Assembly: GCA_965263035.1 (NCBI GenBank)
Contig: OZ253580.1
Location: forward strand, 3,392,001 to 3,456,000
Reading direction: 5' to 3'
DNA from: Acidobacteriota bacterium
GTDB taxonomy: Bacteria > Acidobacteriota > UBA6911 > RPQK01 > JAJDTT01
DNA: 64,000 nucleotides
Shown here: piece by piece, positions 28,351 to 36,921 of the stretch
How positions within the stretch are numbered: position 1 is the stretch's first letter
How the letters are laid out: each line of letters opens with the position of its first letter
Notes under the pieces: model-generated
What the model was told of the DNA's origin: nothing
Databases searched by the model: none
What the model saw: only the letters and a program-made list of their open reading frames with translations
Translations under genes and position numbers: made by a program

Positions 28351-28852
28351 ACGAAAATCGACTGAGCTTTGGAGACAACCTTGAAGTCATGCGGGAGGAT
28401 GTCCCGGATGAATCCGTTGGGAACACACCCAATACATTGGCCTTCCCCATACCATCACACACGCTCAGGAGCTTGCCGGCATCGATAAATTCCGGTTTGA
28501 GAGGTGGGCTGCTGCTCTGGTGGACGGTATGGAGCCGAACCGAATCCAGAGACGGGATGGCGGAATTGACGGCGTGGGACGGCTCCCGATCCGCAAGGGC
28601 CGGTTCATTGACATCGTTTCTCAGGTCAAAGGCGGCTCTACCAATCCCGGACACGTCCAAGCCTTCAACGGCGCACGTCAACAGGCCGGAGCTGATCTCG
28701 GCATCTTCACCTGCTTTCGAGACAGAGTGACCAACGGCATGAGAAATGCCGCCGTCAACGCCGGACGCTTCATGGACCTGCCCAAGATTCAAATCTACAC
28801 GCCGGAAGACTACTTTGAGGGGAAGCAACCTAGGATGCCGAGGGCCGCATGA
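28347..28852 (+). pseudogene. Internally deleted DNA methyltransferase / Mrr-like endonuclease passenger
   Basis: N-terminal NRLSFGDNLEVMREDVPDESV stops before the DPPF motif; another frame continues GLPHT...DKFRFERWA...DGGIDG...SQVKGG...GIF. Confidence 0.7.
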
Positions 28853-29031
28853 AGAAACCCAGACACAATCCCCAACATCCCACCATCGAACTGGTCAAGG
28901 ATTCCTACCAACCGACCAAGGCCGAACTGGAACAGGATATGCGCGTGGAAGCAGACTTCGAGGAGCTGGCCCGTGCATTGGTCCAGCCCGTGAATATCAG
29001 ATGGATAGACCGGCCACGGAACCGGCGTTAA
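28849..29031 (+). CDS. Small hypothetical passenger protein of the IS1595 element
   Basis: 60-aa ORF with ATGA overlap on the previous stop, ending just inside the right IR. Confidence 0.55.
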   Translation: MKKPRHNPQHPTIELVKDSYQPTKAELEQDMRVEADFEELARALVQPVNIRWIDRPRNRR

Positions 29032-29270
29032 TGCTCAGGTTTCGGCACTTTCGTATATAATCCCCTTTTCGATCTGGAGAAAATCGAAATTGGAATCCCA
29101 AAACTGGACGACGCCACCTTGGCCAAGCTGGCCGATGAAAGCGCTCGGATGAACGAGCAATTTCAGGCTGGCCACCTGTGCGGTCCGAATTGGACGGCAA
29201 TAGTAGCCGTGGTGGCTACCATGGCCATGATAATTTTAGTGGTTCTAATAACTACGAAATAGGAAGGGTA

Positions 29271-29297
29271 GATTGAGCTGGTCTACGGAGCTCAATC
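29271..29297. terminator. Hairpin between convergent genes
   Basis: GATTGAGCT-N9-AGCTCAATC, 8 nt after TAG 29262. Confidence 0.45.
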
Positions 29298-29369
29298 GGG
29301 CCGTCCGGATTGGAGTGTCATCGCACGTGGAATGTGGTTTCCGTCATAAACAGAGATAGGCGACAGCCG

Positions 29370-29735
29370 TCACCTGCCACGAATCCAGGTCTGCGACCAG
29401 AACAGCATGACAGTGAAGAAGCCCACGGCGAGACCCAGCAACGCCGACCCCGAAATGTTCGTCTGAGCAAGCGGACGAATTGCCTCCAAACCAGACGTCG
29501 CGTCGTTCCACCAGATTGTCATGAGAGCCGCGATGGTGCTGGCGACAAGAATCTCAGACCATGTTTGAATCGTTGCGAGCTTCGACTGTCTCCGATTGTA
29601 CGCAGCGATTCTTGCCATCAGCAGGACGAATTCACGGCTGGGGACCCGGTCGCGTTGCGCTGCGACCTCGCTCTCGAAGGTCGCCCGAAGGAGAGCCTCC
29701 AATTCATCGTCACGCCGATTCCGCAGCTCAGTCAT
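29370..29735 (-). CDS. Putative membrane anti-sigma factor / hypothetical membrane protein
   Basis: Coupled to the ECF sigma gene (TAATG overlap); DELEALLR N-terminus and 2 TM helices. Confidence 0.65.
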   Translation of the reverse strand: MTELRNRRDDELEALLRATFESEVAAQRDRVPSREFVLLMARIAAYNRRQSKLATIQTWSEILVASTIAALMTIWWNDATSGLEAIRPLAQTNISGSALLGLAVGFFTVMLFWSQTWIRGR

Positions 29736-30256
29736 TAGCCCGCTCCATCCGCAGTTGGGTCAGTCCGGGTCAGGTAAACGGAAAGCTTCTTCCGGGCCCG
29801 AAACGCCAGCACTCGAACGCTTCTCCGCCTGAGGTTCATGATCCCTGCGACCTCCTTGTGGGAGAAGCCCTCTGCGTACAACAACCAAAGCATCTGCTGC
29901 TCGCGCTTTGATAGCGTGCGGAGCCCCTCGCGCAAGGCAAGAATTTCGGCAACGCTCGTAGTTGGCTCAGTTGCCACGACTTGATGTTCCGGTCCCTCCA
30001 GTCTGTTGCGCTTTTGCAAACTGCGGCCGTGATCCGCGATAACGTTTGAAGCGATACGGTACAGATACGCTCGCGTCTCAGGTGCGTCTGGAGTCGTCCC
30101 CATCCGGCTCTCCAAGAATTTGACATAGGTGATCTGGAAAAGGTCGTCGACCGAGTCCCGATCGCTGCAATGGCGGAGAATATAGGCGCGGATAGCCGCT
30201 GCGGTGGCGTCGTAGAACCGTCCGAACGCATCGTCGTTCGAGCCGGACTGCTCCAT
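29735..30256 (-). CDS. ECF-type RNA polymerase sigma factor
   Basis: Region 2 (AFGRFYD...DDLFQITYVK...AYLYRIASN) and region 4 (LSKREQQML...EGFSHKEVAGIM...VRVLAFRARKKL); start codon approximate. Confidence 0.9.
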   Translation of the reverse strand: MEQSGSNDDAFGRFYDATAAAIRAYILRHCSDRDSVDDLFQITYVKFLESRMGTTPDAPETRAYLYRIASNVIADHGRSLQKRNRLEGPEHQVVATEPTTSVAEILALREGLRTLSKREQQMLWLLYAEGFSHKEVAGIMNLRRRSVRVLAFRARKKLSVYLTRTDPTADGAG

Positions 30257-30742
30257 CACTCCCAGACTTGTGCCGCGGGACTCGCTAAGGGCTGTCCACG
30301 TCTGCGGAAACGCGCATGTTTCCACGTCCGTTTGCATTGGCGCCGCCGCTTTCTTCACCGTCACGCTCTTCGGCGCGCCACATGACGTAGGTGGACACCG
30401 CAAGGGCAACACCGACTGCCCCTATGATTACAGCAGGGATCAGGAAATCCTCGTCCCGCACAAGTGCCAGGACAGAGAATCCGATACCCATAAACGTCAG
30501 AATCGAAGCCGGGACGAACAGTCCCTTCCATTTCTTGGAGGGTTTTTCACTCTCCAACGCGAGCGCGCTGGCGAGTTTTGATCCCACGGGTCCTTGGATC
30601 GCCTGGGCGAAGGCTTCACCCGTCGAGAACTTCTCGATCATCCGGCGGATAATCTCCGCCCGTTGCTCCTGCGCCCTCCTTCGAGTCACATGGCTGAACC
30701 AAAGAATAAGTACCACCATGGCAAAGACGCCAAGTGGAACTA

Positions 30743-31961
30743 GTACCCAATAACATGTAATTGTTCGTATACTATGGTGGGAGGCTGGAGGACTCGGAAG
30801 GAGGAGTTCTCATGGCACCACGCTATCGTGTCACGCTCACTGTGGAAGAGCGCTCAGAATTGAAGGCCTTGACCCGGGCCGCGACCAAGACCACCGGCAA
30901 GCGGTTCCTGTACGCGCGGGCGCTGTTGTTGTGCGACCGCGGGCCGGAAGGGCCGGGATGGACCGTGGCCCGGGTGGCCGAGGCGCTGGGCGTCTCGGCC
31001 CGCACGATCGAGCACTTGAAACGGCGGTTTGTGGAGCAGGGTTTGGAGTTCGCCTTGGAGCGCAAGCGGCGGGTGCAGCCGCCGCGGAAAGTGATCTTCG
31101 ACGGCGCGTTCGAGGCTCGCTTGGTCGCCTTGGCCTGCTCCCCGGCCCCGCCAGGACGGAAGCGCTGGACCCTGCGCCTGCTGGCGGAGAAAGTAGTGGA
31201 ACTGGGCTGGGTCGAGCGGGTGTCGGTGATGACGGTGCAGCGGACGCTAAAAAAAACCAACTGCAGCCTCATCGGAAGAAGTATTGGCGGATCCCGCCCC
31301 GGGGCAGCGCCGCATTCGTAGCCTGCATGGAGGACGTTTTAGAAGTCTATGCCCGTCCGTACGACCCCCGTCGTCCGGTGGTCTGCATGGACGAGACCAA
31401 CAAGCAGTTGATCGGAGAAGTGCGGGAGCCTTTGCCGGTCGCGCCCGGCCAGCCGGAGCGAGTCGAGCATGAGTATGTGCGCAACGGGGTCGCGCAGATC
31501 TTCCTGGAGGTGGAGCCACTGACCGGCCGCTGCCATGTGGAGGCGACCGAGCGGCGCACGCGACAGGATTGGGCCCGGTGGATCGAGGGCATGTTGGAGA
31601 GGCGATACCCGGAGGCCGAGCGGGTGGTCCTGGTCTTGGACAACCTGAACCCGCACGGAATCGAATCGCTGTACGCGACCTACGAGCCTCGACACGCTCG
31701 CCAACTGGCACAACGACTGGAAATCCACTACACGCCGAAGCACGGCAGTTGGCTCAACATTGCAGAAATCGAATTGAGCGCGCTGTGCGGACAATGCCTG
31801 GACCGCCGGATTCCAAGCCTGGCCGGGATGCAACGTGAGATCGGGGCTTGGGTTGCGGATCGGAACCAACGGCAAACCGAGATCGACTGGCAGTTCAAGA
31901 CGGAGGATGCACGGATCAAGCTGAAGAGCCTGTATCCACAACTTTAAGTGTTATGGGGTAC
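30743..31961 (+). mobile_element. IS630-family insertion sequence, copy 2 (1219 bp)
   Basis: IRs GTACCCAATAACA / TGTTATGGGGTAC; TA duplicated at 30741-30742 and 31962-31963 in a CTAG target. Confidence 0.95.
30812..31947 (+). CDS. IS630 transposase (-1 frameshift)
   Basis: ORF A from ATG 30812, A8 run at 31249-31256, ORF B with DDE motifs ending at 31947. Confidence 0.92.
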
Positions 31962-32013
31962 TAGTATGTTTTGCAACGGAAACATATTCCTACCTCCTTT
32001 TCGGATCTGTTCC

Positions 32014-32043
32014 TATGACGCTCGAACGAGGGTAATCGTTAAC
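32014..32043 (-). promoter_or_regulatory. Candidate ECF-sigma promoter of the membrane protein / sigma / anti-sigma operon
   Basis: Minus strand TAAC-N17-CGTCATA, about 30 nt upstream of ATG 31985; fits the AAC/CGT ECF consensus. Confidence 0.5.
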
Positions 32044-32198
32044 TTTGTTCGTAGTCGCGGGCCCGCATTCGGCACGGCTTGAGCACGTTGCCCGCCTCGG
32101 TCAGCGAACCCGAGTTGATTCGCCTCAACGAACCAGAACAACTGCGTCCGAACCCGTAGTTGGGGATTCAGGTGAGGACGCGTTACGATCAGCGACCG

Positions 32199-32966
32199 AT
32201 GGGAAACGCTACGTCACGGTTCCGAAGGTGGGTACTTTCCGCGGTGGCTGGTGTCGTGATTCTCGTAGTGGTTCTCGTGGCGATTGTTCTCGCCGTTTTC
32301 CGTTTCGGCGCCTTGCCACTCGAAGACGGGACGATCTTGGGCGATGGCCGCGTCGAGGCCGTGGTGGAAGAATTGGGCCCGATAGCGATCGGGTCGTACT
32401 TGATCGCCCTGGAGAACGGAGGCTACGCCCTGGTGGACGTCGGAATGGATTCGGAAGCCCGCGCGATTCTATCCGTCCTGCGGCGCCGTGGTGCCGAGGC
32501 CCGGGAGGTGCAGTTCGTCTTTGTGACCCACGCTCACGGAGACCACATGGGCGGAATCCCGTCGTTCCCCAACGCCGAGGTCTATGCTCTCGAGGCCGAC
32601 GCCGACGTCGTTCGTCGCAAGTATTCGCGAGCCGTCCGGGGGCTTGCGGACGGCGATGTGATAACGGCCGTGGGCACGACAGTGGAGGTTTTCGCGTTAC
32701 CGGGCCACACGCCGGGCAGCGCCGCCTACTTGGTTTACGGCGTCCTCTTTCTGGGTGACAGCGCCGCCGCCGCGTACGATGGTTCGGTCCAGGCAAATTG
32801 GCTTTTCTCCGAGGATTCCGAGTCGAACGAGGATTCGCTTGCCGCTCTGGCCCGCCGCCTGAAGGACAGAGCGACCGAGGTGCAGCAGATCGCGTTCGGC
32901 CATCAAGGGCCGGTCGACGGTCTCGGGCCTCTTCTCAAGTGGGCATCCGATCGCGGGCTGCGGTAA
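32199..32966 (+). CDS. MBL-fold metallo-hydrolase with N-terminal membrane anchor
   Basis: THAHGDH, PGHTPGS, FLGD, FGH. Confidence 0.88.
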   Translation: MGNATSRFRRWVLSAVAGVVILVVVLVAIVLAVFRFGALPLEDGTILGDGRVEAVVEELGPIAIGSYLIALENGGYALVDVGMDSEARAILSVLRRRGAEAREVQFVFVTHAHGDHMGGIPSFPNAEVYALEADADVVRRKYSRAVRGLADGDVITAVGTTVEVFALPGHTPGSAAYLVYGVLFLGDSAAAAYDGSVQANWLFSEDSESNEDSLAALARRLKDRATEVQQIAFGHQGPVDGLGPLLKWASDRGLR

Positions 32967-33012
32967 GGACCGCGATCGTAGCGAGCTCCCGAATTTTACC
33001 CCGCCAGACGCC

Positions 33013-33468
33013 TCAGCCCGCTCGCTCGCCGTTCTTGAAGGTGACTACTTCCTGGTTGCCGTCCTTGTCGCGAAGGACCCAGCGCCCGTGGATCCTCCCC
33101 TCTACGAAGGGGCCTTCATGGACGTTACCGGCCTCATCGAATGCAACCCAGTGGCCGTGCTGTTTTCCCTGGTGGAAGCGTCCTGTAGATTCCAGAATCC
33201 TATGGCCGCGGCCGGAGGACTCGATTAGGGTGTCCGATCCCTGGGCCAAGCCGCCGGCACACTCCCCCATCCAAGTCTTGGTCTCATCCGGGATGACGTA
33301 CGAGTCCCAGCCGTAGCATCCCGGCTGGTTGGACAACTCCATCCAACAGGACGCACCGATGGGTCTTCCATGGCACCGGTCCTCCTTGGACGGAAGTCCC
33401 TGTTCCCCAATCAGTCGAGGGACGTTAAAAAAGACGAGAACGGCAAGAAGCGAGAGGACTCTTGGCAT
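33013..33468 (-). CDS. Secreted hypothetical protein with Cys-rich N-terminus and MORN-like C-terminal repeats
   Basis: Signal peptide; SCWMELSNQPGC, WMGECAGGLAQG; GRFHQGKQHGHW and GPFVEGRIHGRW repeats. Confidence 0.7.
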   Translation of the reverse strand: MPRVLSLLAVLVFFNVPRLIGEQGLPSKEDRCHGRPIGASCWMELSNQPGCYGWDSYVIPDETKTWMGECAGGLAQGSDTLIESSGRGHRILESTGRFHQGKQHGHWVAFDEAGNVHEGPFVEGRIHGRWVLRDKDGNQEVVTFKNGERAG

Positions 33469-33596
33469 GGTCTCTCTGCTGATTTCTCAGTTCGCTCGGG
33501 CGAGGTTTATTTAACTCCAATTGCAACAGGACCCCGAACCGGAAGGAGCTGTGCCAGTGTAAGTGATGGGGAGAGATTGTCCGGTCGTCAGGCCAT

Positions 33597-34934
33597 CTAC
33601 CCAGTTGTATTTTCGCCGGAAACGTCGGCACCCGGATGCTTCAGCTTCCGGATCGGCACCGTCAGCATGAGCAGTGCGGCCGCGAGCGGAAGGGTGCCGA
33701 TCAGCCAGAACACGAGGCTGTAGAGCTGGAGGTCGATGAAACGGCCGATCAGGGTCTGAACAACGACGGCGCCGATGGTGCCGGCGCATCCCGCCATGCC
33801 GAACAAGGTGCCCACCGAATGGGCCTCCGTCAGGTCGGTGGCCACGGTCTGGACGTTCACCGACCAGATCGCGAAAGCGCAGAAGACGACAGACATCAGG
33901 AAGATGATCAGATAGGGATTGGAAACGCTGTTGACCAGGATTCCCAGCGGCACCACCAAGGTGCCTCCCAACATGCATATCTTTCGGGTTTTTGGGATTC
34001 CCAGGTTGCGCCGGATGAGCAAGGTGGAAATCCAGCCGCCCAGCAGCAGACCCAGATCACTGGCCAGGAACGGGATCCAGAGCAGCCCGCCGATCATCTC
34101 CATGCTGAAGCCCCGCTCCCGCATCAGGTACTCCGGCATCCAGAAGAGGTAGAAGTACCAGGTGCCGTCGGCCAGGGAGCGGGCTGCCAGCAGCGTCCAG
34201 ACCCCGCGATAGCGCAGGAAATCCCGGACCCTCAGCCTTTGACCGGTGTCGTCTTGGATCGCATTGGCCGATTCCTGGAGGTATTCCTGCTCCTCTTCCG
34301 TCAACCGAGGATGCTCTTCCGGTTTTCGATAGATGAAGGTCCAGGGTAGCAACAGCAGAAATCCCAGCAGTCCCGTGATCAGGAACATGGCGCGCCAACC
34401 GACATTCAAGGTGAGCCAACTCACCACCGGCGGACCCAGAAGCGCACCGATGCCCAGACCCAGCAGCATGATGCTGATGGGCTTGCCGCGGTCGCGGGGG
34501 TGGAACCACTCCGATATGGCCTTGACGCCGGTGGGGAAGAATCCCGCTTCGCCCAGGCCCAGCAGAAAACGGAAGGCACAGAGGGAGTAGAGCCCCTGAG
34601 TCAGGGTGTGGAGGCACGCGGCGATGGACCACCAGGTGACGGTCGCGTAGTAGCTGACGCGTGTCCCGAGGAGGTCGGCCAGCTTGCCGCCGAAACCATA
34701 GGAAAAGGTGTACGCGACCAGAAAGACGTTCACCACGAGCGCGTAGTCGCTGGCGCTCAGTCCGAATTCATCCCGGATCATGGGAGCCACGATGGACAGG
34801 GTGATGCGGTCCAGGTAATTGACCACGCTGCCCACGAACAGCATCCCCACGATCCACCAGCGGACCGGAAGTCGCCGCCGAACGGGTGTCCCGGGAGGTC
34901 CGTGAGACGCGAGATTTCCGTCTGTCAGTTGCAT
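33597..34934 (-). CDS. MFS transporter, ACS family (ExuT hexuronate transporter-like)
   Basis: VNYLDRITLS, RFLLGLGEAGFFP, EWFHPRDRG, GWRAMF, FYLFWMPEYL. Confidence 0.9.
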   Translation of the reverse strand: MQLTDGNLASHGPPGTPVRRRLPVRWWIVGMLFVGSVVNYLDRITLSIVAPMIRDEFGLSASDYALVVNVFLVAYTFSYGFGGKLADLLGTRVSYYATVTWWSIAACLHTLTQGLYSLCAFRFLLGLGEAGFFPTGVKAISEWFHPRDRGKPISIMLLGLGIGALLGPPVVSWLTLNVGWRAMFLITGLLGFLLLLPWTFIYRKPEEHPRLTEEEQEYLQESANAIQDDTGQRLRVRDFLRYRGVWTLLAARSLADGTWYFYLFWMPEYLMRERGFSMEMIGGLLWIPFLASDLGLLLGGWISTLLIRRNLGIPKTRKICMLGGTLVVPLGILVNSVSNPYLIIFLMSVVFCAFAIWSVNVQTVATDLTEAHSVGTLFGMAGCAGTIGAVVVQTLIGRFIDLQLYSLVFWLIGTLPLAAALLMLTVPIRKLKHPGADVSGENTTG

Positions 34935-34943
34935 GAAGTGTCC

Positions 34944-36764
34944 TTAATTGGTTCTTCTCTTGCGCATTGCGGTCAGGGCTTCCCGCGCGGCTTCTGCCTC
35001 CCGGGCCATGCCCAATTGACGGTACGCGTCGACCAGAACGGCGAGGGCCTGCATCGCCGGCGGTGATGACTGCTCCAGCCGCACGACTTCCTTCAAGTGG
35101 GTCACGGCATCCTCCCGCCGGCCCGCGTCCAGATAGGCTCGGGCGGCGATCTGGTGCGCCCGTGACTCCGCCCCAACTCCCGTTCCCGCCAACAGCTTCG
35201 CCCGGCGCCAGACCGAATCCCGGTCGGAGAGTTGGACGTACGCATGCAGAAGAGCCCGGTTCGCATCCGGGGTGTCTGCCGGTACCTGGAGCAGATGGCT
35301 CTCGAGTTCCTTCGCAGACTCCTGAAATCGGCCCAATGCCAACCAAGTGAGTCCGAGCCAATAGCTCAACTGGGGGGTGTCGGGCGCCAGCTGCCTCGTC
35401 TTTCGCAACGAGGACAGCGCGCCTTCGAATTGGGAGGTGAGATAGAGGTCCATTCCCAGAAAATAGTGAGCCGCCGGCTGTCTGGGGTCCAGACGGATTG
35501 CGGTCCGAAGCCGGTCGATCGCCGCGTCCAATCGATTCAGATCATGGAGGAGCAGGCCCAGATTCATCTGTGCTTCCGCGAAACCGGGCGCCTCACGTAC
35601 GACTTCCAGGTAGGCGGCCTCCGCTTGGGTGTGATCCCCCTGCTTGTGGGCCTCGACCCCGCGGCGAAACGTCTGGAGGACGGGACTGTCCGGGTCCAGA
35701 CGCCGAACCTCATCGGTGCCGGCGTCTCGAATCAGCAGGCCTTCCGCGGGTCTTGCCGCGGCTTGGCGAAGTTCCTCCGCCCGGCCAAGTTCCTCTCGAG
35801 CCTTCTCGATCTCGCCGGTCTGACTGTACAAGAGCCCCAGGGTGTAGTGGGCCTGGCGGTAATCCGGGTCCAGACTGATGCTGCGCGTAAGTAAGCCTTC
35901 CGCCTGTTGCAACCGGCCGTCCTTCAGAGCCAGGCGCCCCAGGGCCGCAAGTGCTCTGGCATGGTTGGGACGCATCCTGACGATCTCGCGATAGATCTCT
36001 TCCGCCCTCCCCAGATCTCCTTCGGTCTCGCTGATCTTGGCCAGGTAGAATCTGGAGTTGGCGGAATTGGGAGCCAGGTCGAGACTTCGGCGAAGATGCT
36101 TCGCGGCCTCGTCGAAACGTCCCGCCTCGAACAAGTAGTACCCGAGGGAGAAATGGGTCTGACCGTTGGAGTCTTTCCCCACGGCTTCTTGCAGGATGTC
36201 CAGGGCGCCCTGGACGTCGCCTCTCGCATGGAGGCAAGCCGCCAGCAGCGTGGCGTGCGGCTGGTCCAGCCGGTCCGGGTCCTGAATCCGGCGGAGAGCC
36301 TGGATCGCTTCCTGGTAGAGACCTCTTCCGTACGCTTCTTTGGCCAGTTCATACAGGATGGGGTCCGTGGTCTCCGCTTTCAGGGCTCTGAAGAAATAGG
36401 AGTCCGACTCCTCCCGGTTGCCGAGCGACTGCTTGGCTCGCCAAAACCAGAAGAGTGCCTCACCGGACTCGGGAACTCGTTTTAGCGCGTTCTCCAGCGG
36501 AACAACCGCTTCGCCGGGCTGGCCGGTCTCGAGCAGGGTCCGCCCCAGGAGAATGAGCGCCCCAGCGTTCTGCGGCTCCTGCTTCAACAGGCCCTCCAGA
36601 ATCGATCGGGCCTGGAAGAGGTCGCCCCGTGCGAGCGCCGTCCGGGCCTCCCCCAGGCGGTCGCTCGGAGGCGATGGGGAAGGGAAGGCGCGTTGCCCAG
36701 GCCAGAACAGGAGTCCGGCCAGAATCAGAAGGGATGAGGCTCGACGAACCGAAAGGCTTGGCAT
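34944..36764 (-). CDS. Exported tetratricopeptide repeat protein
   Basis: Signal peptide; many TPR units (AHYTLGLLY, AQMNLGLLL, AHYFLGMDL). Confidence 0.9.
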   Translation of the reverse strand: MPSLSVRRASSLLILAGLLFWPGQRAFPSPSPPSDRLGEARTALARGDLFQARSILEGLLKQEPQNAGALILLGRTLLETGQPGEAVVPLENALKRVPESGEALFWFWRAKQSLGNREESDSYFFRALKAETTDPILYELAKEAYGRGLYQEAIQALRRIQDPDRLDQPHATLLAACLHARGDVQGALDILQEAVGKDSNGQTHFSLGYYLFEAGRFDEAAKHLRRSLDLAPNSANSRFYLAKISETEGDLGRAEEIYREIVRMRPNHARALAALGRLALKDGRLQQAEGLLTRSISLDPDYRQAHYTLGLLYSQTGEIEKAREELGRAEELRQAAARPAEGLLIRDAGTDEVRRLDPDSPVLQTFRRGVEAHKQGDHTQAEAAYLEVVREAPGFAEAQMNLGLLLHDLNRLDAAIDRLRTAIRLDPRQPAAHYFLGMDLYLTSQFEGALSSLRKTRQLAPDTPQLSYWLGLTWLALGRFQESAKELESHLLQVPADTPDANRALLHAYVQLSDRDSVWRRAKLLAGTGVGAESRAHQIAARAYLDAGRREDAVTHLKEVVRLEQSSPPAMQALAVLVDAYRQLGMAREAEAAREALTAMRKRRTN

Positions 36765-36921
36765 CCTTTACCGTGGCGATCCGAGCCAGTCTACTACGGG
36801 GACCCGGTCCGTCCCACCGGACGCCGGGAAATCCTGGTCCGGACCGCAGTCCAGTTTTGTCGGGTCCGGTTATTATTGCAACGGTCGCGGCCGGTCACAG
36901 ACCGGCGTGAACGGACGTCTC

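Larger units (their letters stand above)
27304..29065 (+). mobile_element. IS1595-family element with passenger genes (1762 bp)
   Basis: Perfect 26-bp IRs GGGGATTATATACGAAAGTGCCGAAA; 8-bp TSD TTTTCGAT at 27296-27303 and 29066-29073. Confidence 0.96.
27094..29262 (+). pseudogene. Small exported/membrane protein (PA2779-like) interrupted by IS1595
   Basis: 27094-27303 and 29074-29262 join in frame after removing the IS and one TSD copy, giving 132 aa (MKPVSTILSV...HLFD|LEKIEIG...IILVVLITTK*). Confidence 0.85.
30285..31985 (-). pseudogene. Membrane protein (DUF6249-like) interrupted by IS630 copy 2
   Basis: ATG 31985 with AGGAGG RBS; removing the IS gives in-frame MFPLQNILVPLGVFAMVVLILWFSHVTRRR... 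continuing as ORF 30719..30285. Confidence 0.85.

Noticed and set aside
28347-28730. 127-aa ORF as an intact passenger gene
   Set aside because: Only the first ~24 codons look protein-like; the rest is out-of-frame reading over the Mrr-like fragment.
30931-31248. 5' part of the 338-aa IS630 ORF B (and its mirror in copy 1) as an independent gene
   Set aside because: Better explained by a -1 frameshift from ORF A at the A8 run.
36418-36921. N-terminal extension of the CRTAC1 ORF
   Set aside because: Overlaps the divergent TPR gene; the signal peptide begins near 36922.
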